Shown one piece after another: positions 20,002-30,727 of a DNA stretch of 64,000 nucleotides. Under the pieces are notes generated by a model. It was given only the letters and a program-made list of their open reading frames with translations, made no database searches and was not told the DNA's origin. Position 1 is the stretch's first letter. Each line of letters begins with the position of its first letter. The position numbers and the translations under genes are program-made. Source of the DNA: Flavobacteriales bacterium (lineage in GTDB: Bacteria; Bacteroidota; Bacteroidia; Flavobacteriales_D; CAJJDF01); the NCBI GenBank assembly GCA_965655625.1, contig CBFHHA010000006.1, positions 11,745-75,744 of the forward strand. The letters are read 5' to 3'.

Positions 20002-20940
20002 TTAGAATCTTCTTGGCGTTTTAAACCCTTTTCCTAGAAAATCTAAATCATAATTAATCATTATTTCGTGGGAACCGGCATTAAAATTACTTAGCTCAGA
20101 AGTTGTGTAATCGTATGCGTAACCGGCTCTGAACTGTGGAGTAAAATGGTAAACCAAGTTTCCGATAAAAGAATCACCAAATCGGTAACCACCACCGATC
20201 CACAATTTATCATAAAACATAAAGTTCACGTTTACATCTAAAGCTAAAGGTGCATTTTCTACCACTTTTGCAATAAAAGAAGGAACTACATCAACCACAC
20301 TATTCAATTTTACTGTCTTTCCTGCTGTCAAAAAGAAATGTCTTTCTTGGTAAGATGTGACACCGTTGACCGTTGCACCTTCCAAATTGTTTTTAATTAT
20401 TTTGGGAACAGTTAAGCCCACATAATAATTATCTGAATGAAGGTAAACTCCAAATCCGAAGTTAGGCAACAAAAGATTTTGAATAGGTGTAAAGAATTGC
20501 TCATCACTTTCATCTCTTACTCTAAGTCCACCAAAGTCGGCAGAAAAAATATCCGTACCTCCTTTTAAACCAAATGCCAACCTACTTTTCTTTGACACTT
20601 GAAATCTGTATGAGAAATCAGCGTAAATACCAGTTGACTGTGTTGGACCAATTTCATCTTGAATCACAGACAAGCCAAGCGAAACTGATTCATTTCTTAG
20701 TGGCGTATGGATTGACAAGGTAGCTGTTGTAGGAGCTCCATTGATATTCACCCATTGATTTCGCCCTAGCATCGTTACACTTAACGCATCTCTACTTCCA
20801 GCGTAAGCGGGATTAATTGATAATGGATTAAACATGTACATTGAATACTGAGCATCCTGTTGAGCCGTAACTTCTGTAGCTGAGGCCATTATAAACACTG
20901 CAATGATTCCAGTTGTAATTTTTAATATAATTTTTTGCAT
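20002..20940 (-). CDS. PorP/SprF family T9SS outer-membrane protein
   Basis: QQDAQYSMYMFN..NPAYAG, RNQW..GAP, GYAYDY..GSHEI, PRRF; start reassigned to ATG 20940 behind a consensus promoter. Confidence 0.92.
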   Translation of the reverse strand: MQKIILKITTGIIAVFIMASATEVTAQQDAQYSMYMFNPLSINPAYAGSRDALSVTMLGRNQWVNINGAPTTATLSIHTPLRNESVSLGLSVIQDEIGPTQSTGIYADFSYRFQVSKKSRLAFGLKGGTDIFSADFGGLRVRDESDEQFFTPIQNLLLPNFGFGVYLHSDNYYVGLTVPKIIKNNLEGATVNGVTSYQERHFFLTAGKTVKLNSVVDVVPSFIAKVVENAPLALDVNVNFMFYDKLWIGGGYRFGDSFIGNLVYHFTPQFRAGYAYDYTTSELSNFNAGSHEIMINYDLDFLGKGFKTPRRF

Positions 20941-20960
20941 AATAAATGAGATATATTTCG

Positions 20961-20992
20961 CAAATATAGAGTTAGTAAATCGTTTTAACAAA
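20961..20992 (-). promoter_or_regulatory. Bacteroidota sigma70 promoter TTTG-N20-TATATTTG
   Basis: Both -33 and -7 elements at consensus spacing upstream of the PorP gene. Confidence 0.7.
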
Positions 20993-21256
20993 AATAAATC
21001 ATTTTTTTTAATCAAAAGTTAACTGACTAATTTTCAAAAGTCACCACTCTTAACTTTTAATACTTTACAGCAAACCCAATTCTTGCCAAATAAATTTTTC
21101 AACGCCTCTTAGTTTGGCAAAAATCAGTTTTAGACAAATACGCGATCCTTCACTTACTTTTCTGTACATGAAAAAAAAATCCCGTTTTTTTTATCAATCT
21201 GGAAAATCAAAAAATCTTCATGAAACTATTTAGTTGCTATTTTTATGAATTTTAAT

Positions 21257-21766
21257 TTACTTTTTTTCCTTTTTCGCTCTAAACACAGCACTTCTAAAAA
21301 CACCGTTAGCCAAGCCAGAAAATGAGATGGTAAGCACTTCTTCTTGATACAAATAACTCAAATTGGTTGGAAACTTATCGGTGGTATTCACAAATCTCAA
21401 AAATCCTTCAGACACCGAATCTTGGACAAAAGTTGTTTGCTCGCCCGCTTCGGTATAACTATAATAGTACTTTCCGTCTGTTTGCAGCAAACTCAAACCG
21501 GTGGAACTTGAAGGTTCTCCATTGACTATTTGAAATTTTGAACCAACTAGCGAATTATCGCTTGATTCTTTCCAATTCTCAACAAAGATAGCTCTACCAC
21601 CAAAGGAAGAGGAGTCTCGCCATTCTCCCTCAAGCCAATCCAGACTGATATCTGTGTTCTGTAAGGCACTCTCAACTAGAATTTGAGACTTATCTGTTGC
21701 AGGATCAATTTGCGAACAATGGAATAATAAAAGTAAGAAAACGAACAAACTAGCATTTCTAAACAT
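21257..21766 (-). CDS. Putative lipoprotein, DUF6265-like
   Basis: LLLFHC lipobox; LDWLEGEW...ENWK...FVN..DKFP. Confidence 0.65.
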   Translation of the reverse strand: MFRNASLFVFLLLLFHCSQIDPATDKSQILVESALQNTDISLDWLEGEWRDSSSFGGRAIFVENWKESSDNSLVGSKFQIVNGEPSSSTGLSLLQTDGKYYYSYTEAGEQTTFVQDSVSEGFLRFVNTTDKFPTNLSYLYQEEVLTISFSGLANGVFRSAVFRAKKEKK

Positions 21767-23447
21767 CTTTAATCAGCTTTAATTTCTGTCTTACCGTTTC
21801 AATTTCTTGTTTGCTTTTATCAATTTTCTTTTGAATCTCGGCCTTCATTTTTTCGGCCCCTTTTGAGTTCCCAAAGAATCCCATGTTATTCTCGTATTGA
21901 CCAATTTCGTTATTCAAGTTGGTTAATTTTCTTTTCAAGAAATCTCGTTCCTTATTTATGGTTTGAGAATTCCCCTTTTTCATCATGCCATCTAACTTAT
22001 TCTTATAGATGATTTTTGTTTTTTCTCTTCGATCCAGCTTAAGAGAATCATAATGAATATCCAATGCAGACTTATATTCGCTGTAAACTTCGTCTTTTTG
22101 TTTGAATGGCACATTCCCTATTTCCAAAAACCGAGCAGAAAACTCTTTTAGTTTCTGAATAGCTTCTGATGAATTCTTTGGCAAAGAAAAATTTGTAATC
22201 TCCTGAATCACGGCTTTTTTCTTTTTCATGTTTTCAGCCTCAATCGATTCTCGATTTGCGTAATACTCTTTCTTGTTGTCAAAGAAAAAATCGCAAGCAG
22301 CACGAAACTGTTCCCATACTTTTTGTTCCCCTTTTCCGGTGTGACCAATTTCTTTCCATTTATTTTGAAGATTCTTGAGCTCAATAGTCGTATTTTTCCA
22401 GTCATCAGATAATTTAATCTCTTCTGCCTTCTTTACGATTTCCTTTTTTAGATTTAGATTTTTGGAACTGTCTTTTTTTAACACTTTGAAAAACTCATTT
22501 TTCTTCGAAAAAAACACATCAAAACTTCCTCTGAACTCTTCCCAAACTTCTTTGTTCTTTTCTTTGGATACAGCACCTGTTTTCTTCCACTCTTCCTGAA
22601 GAGTAAGGGCCTTTTCGGTAGCAACATTCCACCCTTTTACGGTGGTTGATTCTAGTTCAGCTATTTCCTTCGATTTTTCAATTAGGGCAAGCTTCACTTC
22701 TAGGTTTTTTTCAAGTTTTTCGGCTTGAGCAATGTAGTGGGCTTTTATTTTTGCTCTCAATTCATTTACAGTTCCCCAAAACTGCTCTTTCAACTCTTCC
22801 CACTTTTCTTGAAAGGTAGGTCCTATTTCATCCCACTCGGCAATAAGTTCGTTGAGAACAGACTGAGTTTTCTTAATTGACTTTTCCTCTTTCAATCCGT
22901 TCAAGTCAAAAATAATCTTATTCTTCAACGAATAATTTCTTTTTAAATCATGTTCTTGAATTTCCTTGTAAATATTGATGTTGTAATTAAAAAAATCATT
23001 CAGGCGACTGTATTGAGACTGAATGTCTTCAAACTTTTCTCTGGGAACATTTCCTAACTCTTTCCACCTGTCCTGAATTTCCTTTCTTTTGCCAAAGGCC
23101 GCACCAATATTCTCTTCGTTTTCTACCAGCTCCTTGAACTCAGCAAGAATCGCTTTTTTGGCAATAAGGTTTACTTTTTCCTCTTCTTCCTTTTTCTTTC
23201 TTTGTGCCTTTCTTCTCTCTTTGAACTCAATGATTAACTCTTCTATTTTTGTATCCAATTTTCGGTTTTCCAAAATAAGAGCAAGCTCCTCCTCGGTTTG
23301 CTCTTCTTCGGCAGGTTTGGCTACAAGTTGCTCATCAGACAACAAACTCCTGTAGGTTCTAATTGCCTCATTGGCAGCAGTGTTAATTGATTTCACCTCT
23401 TCATTCTGAAGAAGAGTTGTTAGGTTTTCTAGTATCTCAGCTCTCAT
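21759..23447 (-). CDS. DUF349 domain coiled-coil repeat protein
   Basis: Repeats of N...K..l....LQ.xWK.IG.vp...W..FR...D.FF; start reassigned to ATG 23447. Confidence 0.88.
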   Translation of the reverse strand: MRAEILENLTTLLQNEEVKSINTAANEAIRTYRSLLSDEQLVAKPAEEEQTEEELALILENRKLDTKIEELIIEFKERRKAQRKKKEEEEKVNLIAKKAILAEFKELVENEENIGAAFGKRKEIQDRWKELGNVPREKFEDIQSQYSRLNDFFNYNINIYKEIQEHDLKRNYSLKNKIIFDLNGLKEEKSIKKTQSVLNELIAEWDEIGPTFQEKWEELKEQFWGTVNELRAKIKAHYIAQAEKLEKNLEVKLALIEKSKEIAELESTTVKGWNVATEKALTLQEEWKKTGAVSKEKNKEVWEEFRGSFDVFFSKKNEFFKVLKKDSSKNLNLKKEIVKKAEEIKLSDDWKNTTIELKNLQNKWKEIGHTGKGEQKVWEQFRAACDFFFDNKKEYYANRESIEAENMKKKKAVIQEITNFSLPKNSSEAIQKLKEFSARFLEIGNVPFKQKDEVYSEYKSALDIHYDSLKLDRREKTKIIYKNKLDGMMKKGNSQTINKERDFLKRKLTNLNNEIGQYENNMGFFGNSKGAEKMKAEIQKKIDKSKQEIETVRQKLKLIKDV

Positions 23448-23466
23448 GGTAGTAGAATTTAAAACG

Positions 23467-24237
23467 TTATTTGTTTTTAAATTTATTAATGGCGTTTTTA
23501 GTGAAATCAGAAAGTACCAGCTCGCCACTCATAGCTGCTCTTTCTTTTAGTAAGTCGTCCCAGTTTTCTGTTCCCTTCCAGAACATTTGCTTCAATAATC
23601 TCATTGCTTCGGGGTTTGAGTTTGACAATTTATTAGCCAAAGCCCTAACTGCCTCATCCATTTCTTCCACGGTATCATAAACCTCCGTGTACAATCCTTT
23701 TGCTTTTGCCCAATCCGCTGTTTGCCATTCGGTAGCATCAATCGCTAGCTGGCTCATTGCCGATGTTCCAATCTTTCTTTCTACTACTGGCCCAACCACA
23801 AATGGCCCAATACCTACTGCCAATTCGCTCAACTTAACCGAAGCAAACTTCGTGGCTACACAGTAATCTACAGCACTAGCCACTCCTACTCCTCCTCCAA
23901 CAGCTTTCCCTTGAACTCTTCCTATGATAAGTTTGGGGCATTTTCTACAAGCATTAATTACATTCGCAAATCCTGAGAAAAACACTTTTCCCGTCTCCAA
24001 ATCATTGATATCAATCAATTCATCGAAAGAAGCTCCAGCACAAAAAGCTCTCTCTCCAGAAGATTTCAAGACAATCACTTTTACTGTATCTTCAGCGCCC
24101 ATTTTGGTTATGGTTTGTGCCACCTCAGCCAATAATTTCCCTGGAAGGGAATTGCTCAAAGGATGAAAAAATTCTATTGTCGCAATACCTTCTTTGATAT
24201 CACTCACTACTTTTCCTTGTTCTAAAATATCTGCCAT
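23467..24237 (-). CDS. Enoyl-CoA hydratase/isomerase (methylglutaconyl-CoA hydratase-like)
   Basis: AFCAGASF, VQGKAVGGGVG, LSELAVGIGP. Confidence 0.88.
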   Translation of the reverse strand: MADILEQGKVVSDIKEGIATIEFFHPLSNSLPGKLLAEVAQTITKMGAEDTVKVIVLKSSGERAFCAGASFDELIDINDLETGKVFFSGFANVINACRKCPKLIIGRVQGKAVGGGVGVASAVDYCVATKFASVKLSELAVGIGPFVVGPVVERKIGTSAMSQLAIDATEWQTADWAKAKGLYTEVYDTVEEMDEAVRALANKLSNSNPEAMRLLKQMFWKGTENWDDLLKERAAMSGELVLSDFTKNAINKFKNK

Positions 24238-24243
24238 AATTGT

Positions 24244-24582
24244 TTAATATTCTTTTTCTACTTTACAAATTCTTGTTTTAAAACTCTTGTACCACTTTTC
24301 TTTTCCTAGACTTTTTGCTCGTTTGTGGAGCGAATTTTCTTTCCAGTTTTTAATCGATTCCAAATCTTTCCAATACGAAATGTGAATACCAAATCCATCT
24401 TGCTGCCTTGCTCCTTCATGTCCAAGGTAACCCGGGTTATTCTCAACTTCTGTATAAATCAACTCATCCATTTCTACATACCCTTCGTTTTCTTCGGTAC
24501 GAATAGAGGAAAACACAACAGCGTAATAAGGCACGGTTAAATTTAACTTAAACATGAGCAAAAATATAATTAATTCGCTCAT
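24244..24582 (-). CDS. Antibiotic biosynthesis monooxygenase (ABM) family protein
   Basis: PYYAVVFSS...PGYLG...ISYWKDLESIKNWK..H; true start may be ATG 24555. Confidence 0.82.
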   Translation of the reverse strand: MSELIIFLLMFKLNLTVPYYAVVFSSIRTEENEGYVEMDELIYTEVENNPGYLGHEGARQQDGFGIHISYWKDLESIKNWKENSLHKRAKSLGKEKWYKSFKTRICKVEKEY

Positions 24583-24610
24583 TTGACAAACTATTGTGAC
24601 GGGTTTCTGC

Positions 24611-25222
24611 TTACTCCCAATTCAAAATTTCATCTATGGGCTTGTCCTGTATCAAGATAGTGTTAATACCCAAACTATCAGCCGATTGTATATGCTGAAA
24701 AGAATCATCGATGAACAAAGTTTCTTTCGCTACCAAATTATTTAGATCCAAAATAGTTTGAAAAGCGAATTGGTTTGGTTTTCTATGACCAAAATGATGC
24801 GAATAATAAACCGATTCAAAAATAGAATCGAAGTCACTTTCTACCTTATTAATAAAAGAGGCATAATGAGTTTCATTGGTATTACTAAACAAAAACAAAC
24901 GGTATTTCTTCGAAAGCTTTTTTAATACCTCCACTCTTTTCTTTGGCAAATCAAGCAACATAGCGTTCCATGCTAGGCGATATTCATCCATCGAAAAATC
25001 TTTCCCCGAAGCTACTTTTAAACTTTCATAAAATTCCAATTCAGAAATCTTACCAACCTCAAAATCGTCTGAAAGTGACGATTGTGTGTACTGCGAAAAT
25101 ATTTCATCAAATCTATCGATTCCTAGTTTTTTGAATTCATTCAAGGTTACGTGATAATCAATATTCAAAATTACGCCACCTAAATCGAAAATAATATTGC
25201 TTACTCCTATTAATTCTTGCAT
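24611..25222 (-). CDS. HAD family phosphatase (YihX-like)
   Basis: IIFDLGGV, FSNTN, RKPN, LFIDDS. Confidence 0.88.
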   Translation of the reverse strand: MQELIGVSNIIFDLGGVILNIDYHVTLNEFKKLGIDRFDEIFSQYTQSSLSDDFEVGKISELEFYESLKVASGKDFSMDEYRLAWNAMLLDLPKKRVEVLKKLSKKYRLFLFSNTNETHYASFINKVESDFDSIFESVYYSHHFGHRKPNQFAFQTILDLNNLVAKETLFIDDSFQHIQSADSLGINTILIQDKPIDEILNWE

Positions 25223-25366
25223 GACTTAAATATAGTTTTTATTTCAGAAATTCGAGGAATTTAATCTTGAGGTAAAATGTCAAGTATGATTTTAGTCCTT
25301 AAAATTTCTATTGTCAGAAACATTCCATAATTTTACTTAATTGAAAACATAAAACACAAGAAAAAA

Positions 25367-26770
25367 ATGAGCAAATACGATGTAGTTGTAATAGGATCAG
25401 GGCCTGGAGGATATGTGGCAGCGATAAGATGTGCACAATTGGGAATGAAAACTGCCATTATCGAAAAGTACGATACATTGGGTGGGACTTGCTTAAATGT
25501 AGGGTGTATTCCTTCCAAGGCTATGTTGGATTCTTCGCACCACTACCACGAAGCGACTCATAACTTCACAAAACACGGTATTGACATCAAAGGCACTGTA
25601 AACCCAAACTTGAAACAGATGATTGCTCGTAAAGCAGAAGTGGTCTCGCAAACTTGTTCAGGAATTGATTTCTTGATGGACAAAAACAAAATTGATGTTC
25701 ACCACGGAATGGGATCTTTTGTTGACAAAAACACGATTAAAATAACCAAAGACGGCAAAGAAACTACCATCCAAACCGACAAAACAATAATAGCAACAGG
25801 AAGTAAACCTAATTATTTCCCAGGAATGGAGCCGGATAAAAAAAGAATTATCACCTCTACTGAGGCATTGGAACTGAAAGAAATTCCAAAAAAAATGATT
25901 GTAATTGGCGGAGGTGTAATTGGTCTTGAACTCGGACAAGTATACGCCAGATTAGGTACCGAAGTTTCTGTTGTAGAGTTTATGGATTCCATTATCCCAA
26001 CCATGGATAATGCCCTTGGTAAAGACCTGATGAGAGCGCTGAAAAAAGAAGGATTTAAATTCAACTTCAATCACAAAGTAAAAAGTGTGGTAAATAAAGG
26101 AAAAACGGTTGTCGTAACCGCTGACAACAAAAAAGGAGAAGAGGTTACTTTTGAGGGAGATTATTGCTTAGTTTCGGTAGGAAGAAAAGCCTACACAGAT
26201 GGTTTAGGTTTGGAAAATGTAGGGATTCCGACTGACGATAGAGGACGTGTAGAAGTAGGTGCACAGTTACAAACCAATGTGGCGGGAATTTATGCCATTG
26301 GTGATGTGATAAAAGGTGCTATGTTAGCTCACAAAGCCGAAGAAGAGGGTGTTTTTGTGGCAGAAACGATGGCTGGACAAAAACCACACATCAATTACAA
26401 CCTAATTCCTGGAGTGGTGTACACTTGGCCAGAGGTTGCTGCAGTAGGACAAACAGAAGAACAACTGAAAGAGGCTGGAATTGAATATAAATCTGGGCAA
26501 TTTCCTATGAAAGCACTAGGTAGAGCAAGAGCAAGTATGGATACTGCAGGATTTGTAAAAATATTAGCCGACAAAGAAACAGACGAAGTATTGGGAGTTC
26601 ACATGATTGGCCCGAGAGTGGCAGATTTGATTGCCGAGGCAGTTGTAGCGATGGAATATCGAGCTAGTGCCGAAGACATTGCTAGGTTTTCTCACGCTCA
26701 CCCAACGTATGCCGAGGCAGTGAAAGAAGCTGCACTTGCAGCTACTGAAGATAGAGCCATACACGTTTAA
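25367..26770 (+). CDS. lpdA: Dihydrolipoyl dehydrogenase
   Basis: GSGPGGYVAA, GGTCLNVGCIPSK, LAHKAEEEG, HAHPT. Confidence 0.97.
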   Translation: MSKYDVVVIGSGPGGYVAAIRCAQLGMKTAIIEKYDTLGGTCLNVGCIPSKAMLDSSHHYHEATHNFTKHGIDIKGTVNPNLKQMIARKAEVVSQTCSGIDFLMDKNKIDVHHGMGSFVDKNTIKITKDGKETTIQTDKTIIATGSKPNYFPGMEPDKKRIITSTEALELKEIPKKMIVIGGGVIGLELGQVYARLGTEVSVVEFMDSIIPTMDNALGKDLMRALKKEGFKFNFNHKVKSVVNKGKTVVVTADNKKGEEVTFEGDYCLVSVGRKAYTDGLGLENVGIPTDDRGRVEVGAQLQTNVAGIYAIGDVIKGAMLAHKAEEEGVFVAETMAGQKPHINYNLIPGVVYTWPEVAAVGQTEEQLKEAGIEYKSGQFPMKALGRARASMDTAGFVKILADKETDEVLGVHMIGPRVADLIAEAVVAMEYRASAEDIARFSHAHPTYAEAVKEAALAATEDRAIHV

Positions 26771-26789
26771 ACAAAAACCGTTAAACTAC

Positions 26790-26827
26790 AAAAAGTCGCA
26801 GTTCAAAATATGAGCTGCGACTTTTTT
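26790..26827. terminator. Bidirectional intrinsic terminator between convergent lpdA and dprA
   Basis: AAAAAGTCGCAG...CTGCGACTTTTTT. Confidence 0.85.
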
Positions 26828-26840
26828 AGGTCTAATAAAT

Positions 26841-27959
26841 TTAACTTAATAAAAAAGAATTTCCCGGCAAGGCTTTGACCAAGCCCTTGAATTCTAATTG
26901 CAACAAACCAACAGCTAACAAACTGGTTGCCAACTTTGTTTTTTCGCTCAATTCATCCATAGAAATGGAAGTTTCGGTTGAAAGAAAATCGTAAATGAGT
27001 TTCTCGTCCTCAGGCAAATCAATAAACAATTGTTTTTGAATTATTTTTGGTTTTTGTGAAATATTAAGTTCCCAATTCATTAAATAGACGATGTCCGCAA
27101 CTGAATTGAGCAAATGAGCTTTATTTATTTTGATTAAATGATTACAACCTTGAGAGTATTGGTCGGTAACTCTCCCTGGCACAGCAAATACATCCCTGTT
27201 GTAGGAATTGGCCATTTCGGCAGTTATTAACGAGCCACCTTTTTTTGCCGATTCGATCACGATTGTAATATCGGACAATCCCGCAATGATTCGATTTCGT
27301 TTTGGAAAATTCTCTCTATCTGGATTGGTGCCACTCATAAATTCGGTAAGTAATCCTCCTGTGGAGAGCATCTTTTTTGCCGTTTCTTTATGTAAGTTGG
27401 GATACAACCGATCTAGTCCATGCGCCAAAACACCAATAGTTGAAATAGTAAGCTCCACACATTTCTTGTGTGCATAAATATCCACACCATAAGCCATTCC
27501 GCTAATTACAAGAGGATTGTGTGGCTTTAAGTCTGCTAGCAAATTGGAACAAAAATCTTTTCCCCTTCCTGTTACTTTCCTCGTCCCCACTACGGCAACC
27601 GTCTTGTGATTACTGAAATCAAGCGCTCCTTTTCCATACAACACAAAAGGGGAATCCTCACATTGTTTTAAATTCAATGGATAAGTTTTTTCTGTAATTA
27701 AAAAGGTTGAAATTTTATTTTTTCTAATAAATGTTAGCTCTTCCTCGGCTCTTTTTATTGCTTCACCACTTTTTATCTGTTTTACGATAGAAGTTGACAA
27801 AACCTCACCAATTCCTGGAATTTGGGTAAGCTTTCCTTTATGTGAATTAAAAACAGCTTCAAAACTACCACAGTATGCTAATAATTTCTTCGCATTAATA
27901 TTTCCGACACCTTCGAACAAGGTGAGAGCCATAGCGAGTATAAGTTCAGTTTGATTCAA
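26841..27959 (-). CDS. dprA: DNA-processing protein DprA
   Basis: AVVGTR, ISGMAYGVD, FPKRNRIIAGLS, GGSLITA, FAVPG; TTG start. Confidence 0.95.
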   Translation of the reverse strand: MNQTELILAMALTLFEGVGNINAKKLLAYCGSFEAVFNSHKGKLTQIPGIGEVLSTSIVKQIKSGEAIKRAEEELTFIRKNKISTFLITEKTYPLNLKQCEDSPFVLYGKGALDFSNHKTVAVVGTRKVTGRGKDFCSNLLADLKPHNPLVISGMAYGVDIYAHKKCVELTISTIGVLAHGLDRLYPNLHKETAKKMLSTGGLLTEFMSGTNPDRENFPKRNRIIAGLSDITIVIESAKKGGSLITAEMANSYNRDVFAVPGRVTDQYSQGCNHLIKINKAHLLNSVADIVYLMNWELNISQKPKIIQKQLFIDLPEDEKLIYDFLSTETSISMDELSEKTKLATSLLAVGLLQLEFKGLVKALPGNSFLLS

Positions 27960-28042
27960 TTGCGAGAACAGTTAGATGTTTAAAAATAAGGAAATAAATA
28001 GGAATTAAAACAAAATCATTACTTTTAACTAAACCTAAACAA

Positions 28043-30400
28043 ATGAAAAAACTGCTACTTTTTCTCTTCGTTTTTAATCTTACTTTTTCATTCTGTCAGG
28101 AGGAAAAAGGAACGTTAAGCGGGATAGTATTTAACCAAAATTCTGACCAGGCAATCCCATTTACCCAAATTCTACTAACCAAGAAAGATTCATTATACTA
28201 TTTCACCCAAACCAATGAAAAAGGGGAGTATTTGTTCAAAAACATTCTGGCTGATACTTTTGAAATTGAAGTGCGATCAATGGGATATAAGACAACCAAA
28301 TTCGAAAAAATAATCGTACCAAACGAAAATAGAGTTTCATGGATTAAACTGGAACCAACAGAAATTAGTTTAAGAGAATACACAATAAGTGCAAAGAAGT
28401 ATGACCACAAAATTTCGGACGAAACTGTGTCATCAACGGTAATTGAATCAGAAATAATTACTGCACGAGCCACGACCAATCCCCGTGATATCGTTACACA
28501 AATACCTGGAGTTCACACCCAGGAAGAACAAGTTAGTATTCGGGGTGGGGCAGGATTTAGCTATGGAGCAGGGAGCAGAGTATTATTAATGCTAGACGGC
28601 ATTCCAATGCTTTCGGGAGATGCAGGAGATGTGAAATGGAACTACTTGCCTCTTGAAGGAATAAACCAAATAGAGGTACTAAAAGGAGCTTCCTCTGTTC
28701 TCTACGGGTCTTCGGCACTAAACGGAGTAATAAATATCCGCACACAGTATCCAACTGAGAAGCCAAAAACGGAAATCAACTTTATTTTCGGCATGTACGA
28801 CAGCCCATACAAAAATAGAGACTTAAAGTGGTGGAATGGCTATCGAGGAATGCAAGGAATTAACTTTTTTCATGCTCGACAAGTTACTGATCATTTTGAC
28901 CTAGTAGTTGGAGGAAACTTTTTTAACGATCAAAGTTTTAGATTGGGCGAAAAAGAAACAAGAGGAAGAATGAATATAAACACAAAGTTTAAGCATAAAA
29001 AAAGAGAAGGACTATTTTATGGAATAAACATGAATGCTCAATTAAGTGATGTTGATCTATTTTTTGTTTGGAAAGAAAAAGATAGCGTATTAACGCCCTC
29101 ACCCGGCACAAATTCCTCGGGCTTGAACAATCGATTTAATGTAGACCCCTACCTAGAGTATTACACGAAATCTGGGGATAAACATTCACTCCGAACAAGG
29201 TGGTTCAATACAGATAATAATAATCAAGTTGATCCAACCCAATCGTCCACTTCCGATCTCATTTTCAGCGAATATCAATTCAAAAAGCAACTAGATTCAA
29301 CTTTCAAAATCACCTCAGGTGTAACTCTTATTAGAACCTACGTAAATTCAGAACTATATGGGAATCATTCTGCTACTAATTTTGCTCTTTATACTCAATT
29401 GGATAAAGTCCTTTGGAAAAAACTTACCATTTCTGCGGGTATTCGAGGAGAATACTATGCGTTAAACTCTATTAATGAGCCAATTATACCCATTGCACGA
29501 ATGGGAATCAATTACAAAGTGGCAAAAGCGACTTTCTTGAGATCCTCATTTGGTCAAGGTTACCGTTTTCCTTCCGTAGCTGAAAAATTTGCAAGTACTT
29601 CTGTTGGTTCATTAACCGTTTTTCCCAATCCGGCCTTGACACCTGAAAAAGGATGGAGTGCTGAACTTGGAATAAAACAAGGAATTAAAATAAAAAAGTG
29701 GGCCGGATACATTGATATAGCTGGTTTTGTAAATGAATATCAAAACATGACGGAATATACATTTGGATTTTTTGACACCCTTACATTTGCCCAAAAACCA
29801 ACTGGCGGAATCAACGAATTTGGGGCATCCTCAAGAAATGTGAGTAGAGCGCGAATAACCGGAATAGATGCCACAATCGCTGGGAAAGGAAAAATTGGAA
29901 AAATAGAAGTCTCTATTTTGGCAGGTTACACTTTTATGAACCCTAAGCCGATTGGTGCAGACTCGAATTATTTGAGTACATTTTCTTCTTTAACAACTGA
30001 CTTCACTTACGATCCTTCGCTCAACTTAACTAGCGATACCGTGAGTAATAATTTAAAATATCGATTCAATCATTTATTCAAAACAGATATACAATTGAAA
30101 TACAAACAAGTAAGCCTTGGAGCTAGTTATAGATTCAATAGTTTCGTACACAACATCGATGAATCCTTTCATATTTTAGGAATATTTAGTGGAGGTAGTT
30201 TCCTGGGCGAATTAGAAGAGTACCGCAGAGAGCAACCAAAAAATACACAAGTGATTGATGCGCGAATTGGGGTTGAAATTTCGGATAAAGTAAAGGTAAG
30301 TTTTGTCTGTAATAACATATTAAATACTGAATATCAAACAAGGCCGGGTTGGGTAATGCCACCCAGAAATTTCATTTTTCAATCTACTTTCAGGTTCTAA
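28043..30400 (+). CDS. TonB-dependent receptor
   Basis: SIRGGAGFSYGAGSRV plug, IEVLKGASSVLYGS, C-terminal TFRF. Confidence 0.9.
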   Translation: MKKLLLFLFVFNLTFSFCQEEKGTLSGIVFNQNSDQAIPFTQILLTKKDSLYYFTQTNEKGEYLFKNILADTFEIEVRSMGYKTTKFEKIIVPNENRVSWIKLEPTEISLREYTISAKKYDHKISDETVSSTVIESEIITARATTNPRDIVTQIPGVHTQEEQVSIRGGAGFSYGAGSRVLLMLDGIPMLSGDAGDVKWNYLPLEGINQIEVLKGASSVLYGSSALNGVINIRTQYPTEKPKTEINFIFGMYDSPYKNRDLKWWNGYRGMQGINFFHARQVTDHFDLVVGGNFFNDQSFRLGEKETRGRMNINTKFKHKKREGLFYGINMNAQLSDVDLFFVWKEKDSVLTPSPGTNSSGLNNRFNVDPYLEYYTKSGDKHSLRTRWFNTDNNNQVDPTQSSTSDLIFSEYQFKKQLDSTFKITSGVTLIRTYVNSELYGNHSATNFALYTQLDKVLWKKLTISAGIRGEYYALNSINEPIIPIARMGINYKVAKATFLRSSFGQGYRFPSVAEKFASTSVGSLTVFPNPALTPEKGWSAELGIKQGIKIKKWAGYIDIAGFVNEYQNMTEYTFGFFDTLTFAQKPTGGINEFGASSRNVSRARITGIDATIAGKGKIGKIEVSILAGYTFMNPKPIGADSNYLSTFSSLTTDFTYDPSLNLTSDTVSNNLKYRFNHLFKTDIQLKYKQVSLGASYRFNSFVHNIDESFHILGIFSGGSFLGELEEYRREQPKNTQVIDARIGVEISDKVKVSFVCNNILNTEYQTRPGWVMPPRNFIFQSTFRF

Positions 30401-30471
30401 CATGACTAATCTTAAACCACAACAACGTGAGAACATAAAACCTCGTTTTTCAAAATAAAAACAGATTAAAA

Positions 30472-30503
30472 TTTGGAAAAAGGACAAAGTCCTTTTAAAT
30501 TCG
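30472..30503 (+). promoter_or_regulatory. Probable tRNA promoter TTTG-N20-TAAATTCG
   Basis: Near-consensus Bacteroidota -33/-7 elements about 50 nt upstream of the tRNA. Confidence 0.45.
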
Positions 30504-30553
30504 CAGACTTTCCTAGATAAGGAATAAAATTATTATTCAAATTCAGAATAATA

Positions 30554-30627
30554 GGGCCTATAACTCAGCTGGTTAGAGTATCTGACTCATAATCAGAAAG
30601 TCCCTGGTTCGAGCCCAGGTGGGCCCA
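30554..30627 (+). tRNA. tRNA with CAT anticodon, most likely tRNA-Ile2 (lysidine-modified); CCA not encoded
   Basis: Cloverleaf with GGGCCTA/TGGGCCC acceptor, CTGA-CTCATAA-TCAG anticodon arm and GGTTCGAGCC T-loop; the G1-C72 pair excludes initiator; Ile2 versus elongator Met inferred from the acceptor stem. Confidence 0.9.
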
Positions 30628-30634
30628 CAAAATG

Positions 30635-30670
30635 AAAAAGACTTGTCATTTGCTTGACGAGTCTTTTTTT
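30635..30670 (+). terminator. Intrinsic terminator after the tRNA
   Basis: AAAAAGACTTGTCA / TGACGAGTCTTTTTTT. Confidence 0.75.
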
Positions 30671-30727
30671 GTGCTCGAAAGTTTTGAGCGAGAAGTTTAC
30701 CCTGAGGGAGCTTTTGCGAATCGATGG

